This document shows positions 33,792 to 36,623 of a stretch of 36,623 nucleotides of DNA, in pieces (positions within the stretch are counted from its first letter, which is position 1; every line of letters starts with the position of its first letter). The notes below the pieces were generated by a model. The model ran no database searches, was not told where the DNA came from, and worked only from the letters and a program-made list of their open reading frames with translations. The translations under genes were made by a program, and so were the position numbers. Source of the DNA: an uncultured archaeon (GTDB lineage: Archaea > Aenigmatarchaeota > Aenigmatarchaeia > QMZP01); NCBI GenBank assembly GCA_964399875.1, contig CAYNRQ010000003.1:1-36623 (forward strand), in the 5' to 3' direction.

Positions 33792-35153
33792 TCATTTCTT
33801 CCCGTATTCGCATAATGCCCTTAAGGCCTCTGCGGCCCTGTCTGGGTAGGAGAATGTTGGGACGCCATAGGATTCAAGGCTTTTCTTCAGCACCTCTGTG
33901 TATCGGCCTCCGGCTGCTATGGCTATTATGGGTTTTTTGTTTTTTGCATTGGCCTCGGCTACAACCTCTACTATGTCCGGAGTCAGGGAAGGGACCTGGA
34001 AAAGGGTTATTACAGCTATCATGTCTACATTGGGGTCATTGAGGCTGGCCTCTATTGCTATTCGGTATCTTTCTGAATCCGTGTCTCCTGTCAGGTCTAT
34101 TGGGTTCTTTATCACAACATGCCTTGGGACGTGCTTTTCAAGGAGCTTGTGTGTTTGTGGTCTCATGTCCGCAAGAACCATGCCATTATTTATAAGGGCG
34201 TCTACTGTTAGTATTCCAAAACCACCGCCATCTGTTATCACCTGGACCCTGTTTCCATTTGGTTTTGGTTGGGTGGACAGGACACGGGCAAAGTCAAATA
34301 ATTGTTCTAGATCATGGGCCTGAATTGCTCCTGATTGTTTGAAAACAGCACCGTAGATTTCCTTTGCTCCCGCAAGGCTTCCTGTGTGCGAAGAAACGGC
34401 CTTGCTCCCCTCTGCTGTCAGTCCTGCCTTTAGGATTATTATTGGTTTTTTCTTTGAGTTTTTCTTGATGAGCTCATAAAATGTTCTTCCTCTCCTGACA
34501 CCTTCAAGATAGATGCATATAACCTTTGTTTTTTTGTCTCTAACAAGGTATTCTATGAGTTCTGCCTCGTCTATGTCTGTTGCGTTTCCGTAAGAAATAA
34601 ACTTGGATATGCTGTATCCTTTCATGGCCATCCAGTCCAGGATCACTGAACCAATTGCCCCTGATTGTGTAATGAAGGATATCCCCCCCTTCCCCGGCCT
34701 TTCTAGTTTATAGCTTGGAAGAAATATTGTGTCCACACCTGAATATGGATCGAACACGCCGAGGCAGTTAACACCAATTCCCCTTATCCCGTGCTTTTTT
34801 AGTTTTTTTTCAACATCCCTTTCCAGTTCAATGTTTCCTATCTCTTTAAAACCACCAGTAACTATTATAACAGATTTTATCTTCTTTCTTCCACACTCCT
34901 CTATTGCCCTTGGAACTATCTGAGCAGGTATGGTTATAACAGCCAGGTCTATCTTTTCCTTTATCTGGGAAACAGAATCATAACACCTGTGGCCAAGGAT
35001 ATCATCAGCATTTGGGTTTACCGGGAACACCTCACCCTTAAATTTTCCCTCAAGGAAATTTCTGAATATCACATGTCCAACCTTTCTTGGGTGTCTTGAT
35101 GCACCAATAATCGCAACCCTTTTTGGGTTAAAAAAATAATCTAACTGATCCAT
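33792..35153 (-). CDS. ADP-forming acetyl-CoA synthetase alpha subunit / CoA-binding domain protein
   Basis: 453 aa with NPKRVAIIGASRHPRKVGHV, VFPVNP, DLAVITIPA, TGGFKEIG and the SHTGSLAG phospho-His loop. Confidence 0.75.
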   Translation of the reverse strand: MDQLDYFFNPKRVAIIGASRHPRKVGHVIFRNFLEGKFKGEVFPVNPNADDILGHRCYDSVSQIKEKIDLAVITIPAQIVPRAIEECGRKKIKSVIIVTGGFKEIGNIELERDVEKKLKKHGIRGIGVNCLGVFDPYSGVDTIFLPSYKLERPGKGGISFITQSGAIGSVILDWMAMKGYSISKFISYGNATDIDEAELIEYLVRDKKTKVICIYLEGVRRGRTFYELIKKNSKKKPIIILKAGLTAEGSKAVSSHTGSLAGAKEIYGAVFKQSGAIQAHDLEQLFDFARVLSTQPKPNGNRVQVITDGGGFGILTVDALINNGMVLADMRPQTHKLLEKHVPRHVVIKNPIDLTGDTDSERYRIAIEASLNDPNVDMIAVITLFQVPSLTPDIVEVVAEANAKNKKPIIAIAAGGRYTEVLKKSLESYGVPTFSYPDRAAEALRALCEYGKK

Positions 35154-35187
35154 ATAATTTAATTATACTCTTGCAATATAATATTAT

Positions 35188-36366
35188 ATGCCGATAAGAA
35201 ATCTTATTTCAGAGAGGCAGGTGGAATTGCCTGTTTCTACAATTGGTAAATTATTGGAAATGGTCACGGAAAAAAAGGATGTAATCTCTCTTGGTCCTGG
35301 TGAGCCTGATTTTGATTCGCCTAAACATATAATAAGAGCAGCCAAGAAGTATCTTGACAGGGGATACACACATTATTCACCCCCTACTGGAAGATCTGAT
35401 TTAAAAGAGGCCATTATCAAGAAACTGAAAAGGGACAACAAAATAATCGCAAAGCCTGAAAACATTGTTATCACAACCGGTTCAACAGAGGCTATTCTTT
35501 TAACACTTATGTGCACATTGGATCCTGGGGAGGGTGCTATTATAACTGATCCTGGTTTTCTGGCTTACAAACCCACTGTGGAGATTCTGAATGGTGTGCC
35601 AATATCTGTTCCGCTATATGAGAGTGAGGGTTTCCAGCTCAATGTTGACAGGATGAAGGAATTGATAATACCTGAAAAAACCAATGTTTTGATTATAAAT
35701 ACACCATGCAATCCCACAGGAACCGTGCTCAGCAAGAAAACGTTAGAAGAGATAGCTGATTTTGTTGTTGAATACAATATAATTGTTATATCTGATGAAG
35801 CGTATGAGAAGTTTGTCTATGGTGATGCAAAGCACATATCCATTGGATCGCTGAATGGCATGAACAAACATGCTGTTACACTGCACTCCTTTTCTAAAAC
35901 ATATGCGATGCCTGGTTTCAGGTTGGGGTATGCTGTTGGGCCTAAGAATCTTATTCAGGCTATATCAAAGGTTCACACATTCACCACGCTATGCGCACCA
36001 ACAATCTCACAGCTAACAGCGATAGATGCATTAAACGGCCCACAAAACTCTGTTGAGAAGATGTTAAAGGAGTATGACCGAAGGAGAAAACTGATATTAA
36101 GCAGGCTTAATGAGATAGGGGGGTTCAGGTGTTTGGAGCCAAAGGGGGCTTTCTATGTATTTCCCAACATATCCGAATTTGGCATGAAATCCCTTGATTT
36201 TGCAAGATGGTTGCTTGAGAATGCAAAGGTTGCTGTTGTTCCTGGAACAGAATTTGGAAAGCGGGGAGAGTGGTTTATTCGCTGTTCTTATGCCACATCA
36301 TATGAATTAATAGAAAAGGCCTTGGATAGGATTGAGAGAAGCGTCAAGAAGTTCAAGAAAAAGTAG
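35188..36366 (+). CDS. class I/II PLP-dependent aminotransferase (aspartate/aromatic type)
   Basis: 392 aa with YSPPTGR, NTPCNPTG, SDEAYE and the Lys motif SFSKTYAMPGFRLGY. Confidence 0.85.
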   Translation: MPIRNLISERQVELPVSTIGKLLEMVTEKKDVISLGPGEPDFDSPKHIIRAAKKYLDRGYTHYSPPTGRSDLKEAIIKKLKRDNKIIAKPENIVITTGSTEAILLTLMCTLDPGEGAIITDPGFLAYKPTVEILNGVPISVPLYESEGFQLNVDRMKELIIPEKTNVLIINTPCNPTGTVLSKKTLEEIADFVVEYNIIVISDEAYEKFVYGDAKHISIGSLNGMNKHAVTLHSFSKTYAMPGFRLGYAVGPKNLIQAISKVHTFTTLCAPTISQLTAIDALNGPQNSVEKMLKEYDRRRKLILSRLNEIGGFRCLEPKGAFYVFPNISEFGMKSLDFARWLLENAKVAVVPGTEFGKRGEWFIRCSYATSYELIEKALDRIERSVKKFKKK

Positions 36367-36367
36367 T

Positions 36368-36574
36368 CTATGCTGGCACTGGAACCATGTGAATGGCGTA
36401 ATTAACTATGTTGCTTTTTTCAAACAAACACATCCATTCAAATTCCTTTTCTTCCGGGACTTTTATTATAAGGTAATATGAGCTGTCCTCCTCCACATAA
36501 CGGGTTTCTGTTGTTTTCATTCCTTTGTGTCTGACAAGGTCATTGGCCTGCTTTTCTGTTACATTTGGTCTCAA
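36368..36574 (-). CDS. hypothetical small protein (doubtful)
   Basis: The ORF starts on a TTG that lies inside the 36569.. repeat. The first ATG at 36520 would give 50 aa. No recognisable motifs. Confidence 0.2.
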   Translation of the reverse strand: MRPNVTEKQANDLVRHKGMKTTETRYVEEDSSYYLIIKVPEEKEFEWMCLFEKSNIVNYAIHMVPVPA

Positions 36575-36623
36575 ACGGTTAATTGATTAGCTCCTTACCA
36601 CCGGTCACACACAATTGGTTAAT
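36569..36623. repeat. second copy of the left arm and core of the 5222..5317 palindromic element, cut by the window end
   Basis: All 55 bases (TCTCAAACGGTTAATTGATTAGCTCCTTACCACCGGTCACACACAATTGGTTAAT) are identical to 5222..5276. Confidence 0.9.

Overview
This window looks archaeal. It carries rps17e, TFS, a Sec11-type signal peptidase, a class III signal-peptide protein, EndoQ, the ADP-forming acetyl-CoA synthetase alpha subunit, and tRNA genes that fold only if non-canonical introns are removed. A small-genome, DPANN-like lineage is my guess only.

Layout:
- 1-16.6 kb: an AT-rich glycan-biosynthesis island. It contains a CapD/PseB-type dehydratase, a cupin, a DegT aminotransferase, two tandem formyltransferase paralogues (one fused to a GNAT domain), a TagF-like enzyme, an SGNH-radical SAM fusion, a pyruvyl transferase, a deacetylase and two GT4 enzymes. 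A decayed folD remnant and an IS200-like Y1 transposase embedded in hairpin repeats also sit here.
- 16.6-19.6 kb: information-processing genes. These are TFS, signal peptidase, a CBS protein with an HPF/RaiA-like C-terminus, rps17e, tRNA-Phe with a T-loop intron, and tRNA-Asn with three introns.
- 19.7-26.5 kb: a sequon-rich membrane protein, a DUF1512-like protein, EndoQ, then three tandem lipobox paralogues with CARDB-like domains. These paralogues are divergent from a type IV pilin-like gene.
- 26.5-36.6 kb: GC-richer housekeeping genes (GltB-like, TrkA, COG2403 P-loop protein, NnrD, ALDH, ACD-alpha, aminotransferase). An IS200/IS605 element (tnpA + tnpB) interrupts this block, and its empty site can be reconstructed.

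The best candidates for something undescribed are the lipobox/pilin surface module, the CBS-HPF fusion, the SGNH-radical SAM tailoring enzyme, and the dispersed hairpin/palindrome family around the solo Y1 transposase. All family assignments come from motif recognition by eye; no searches were run.
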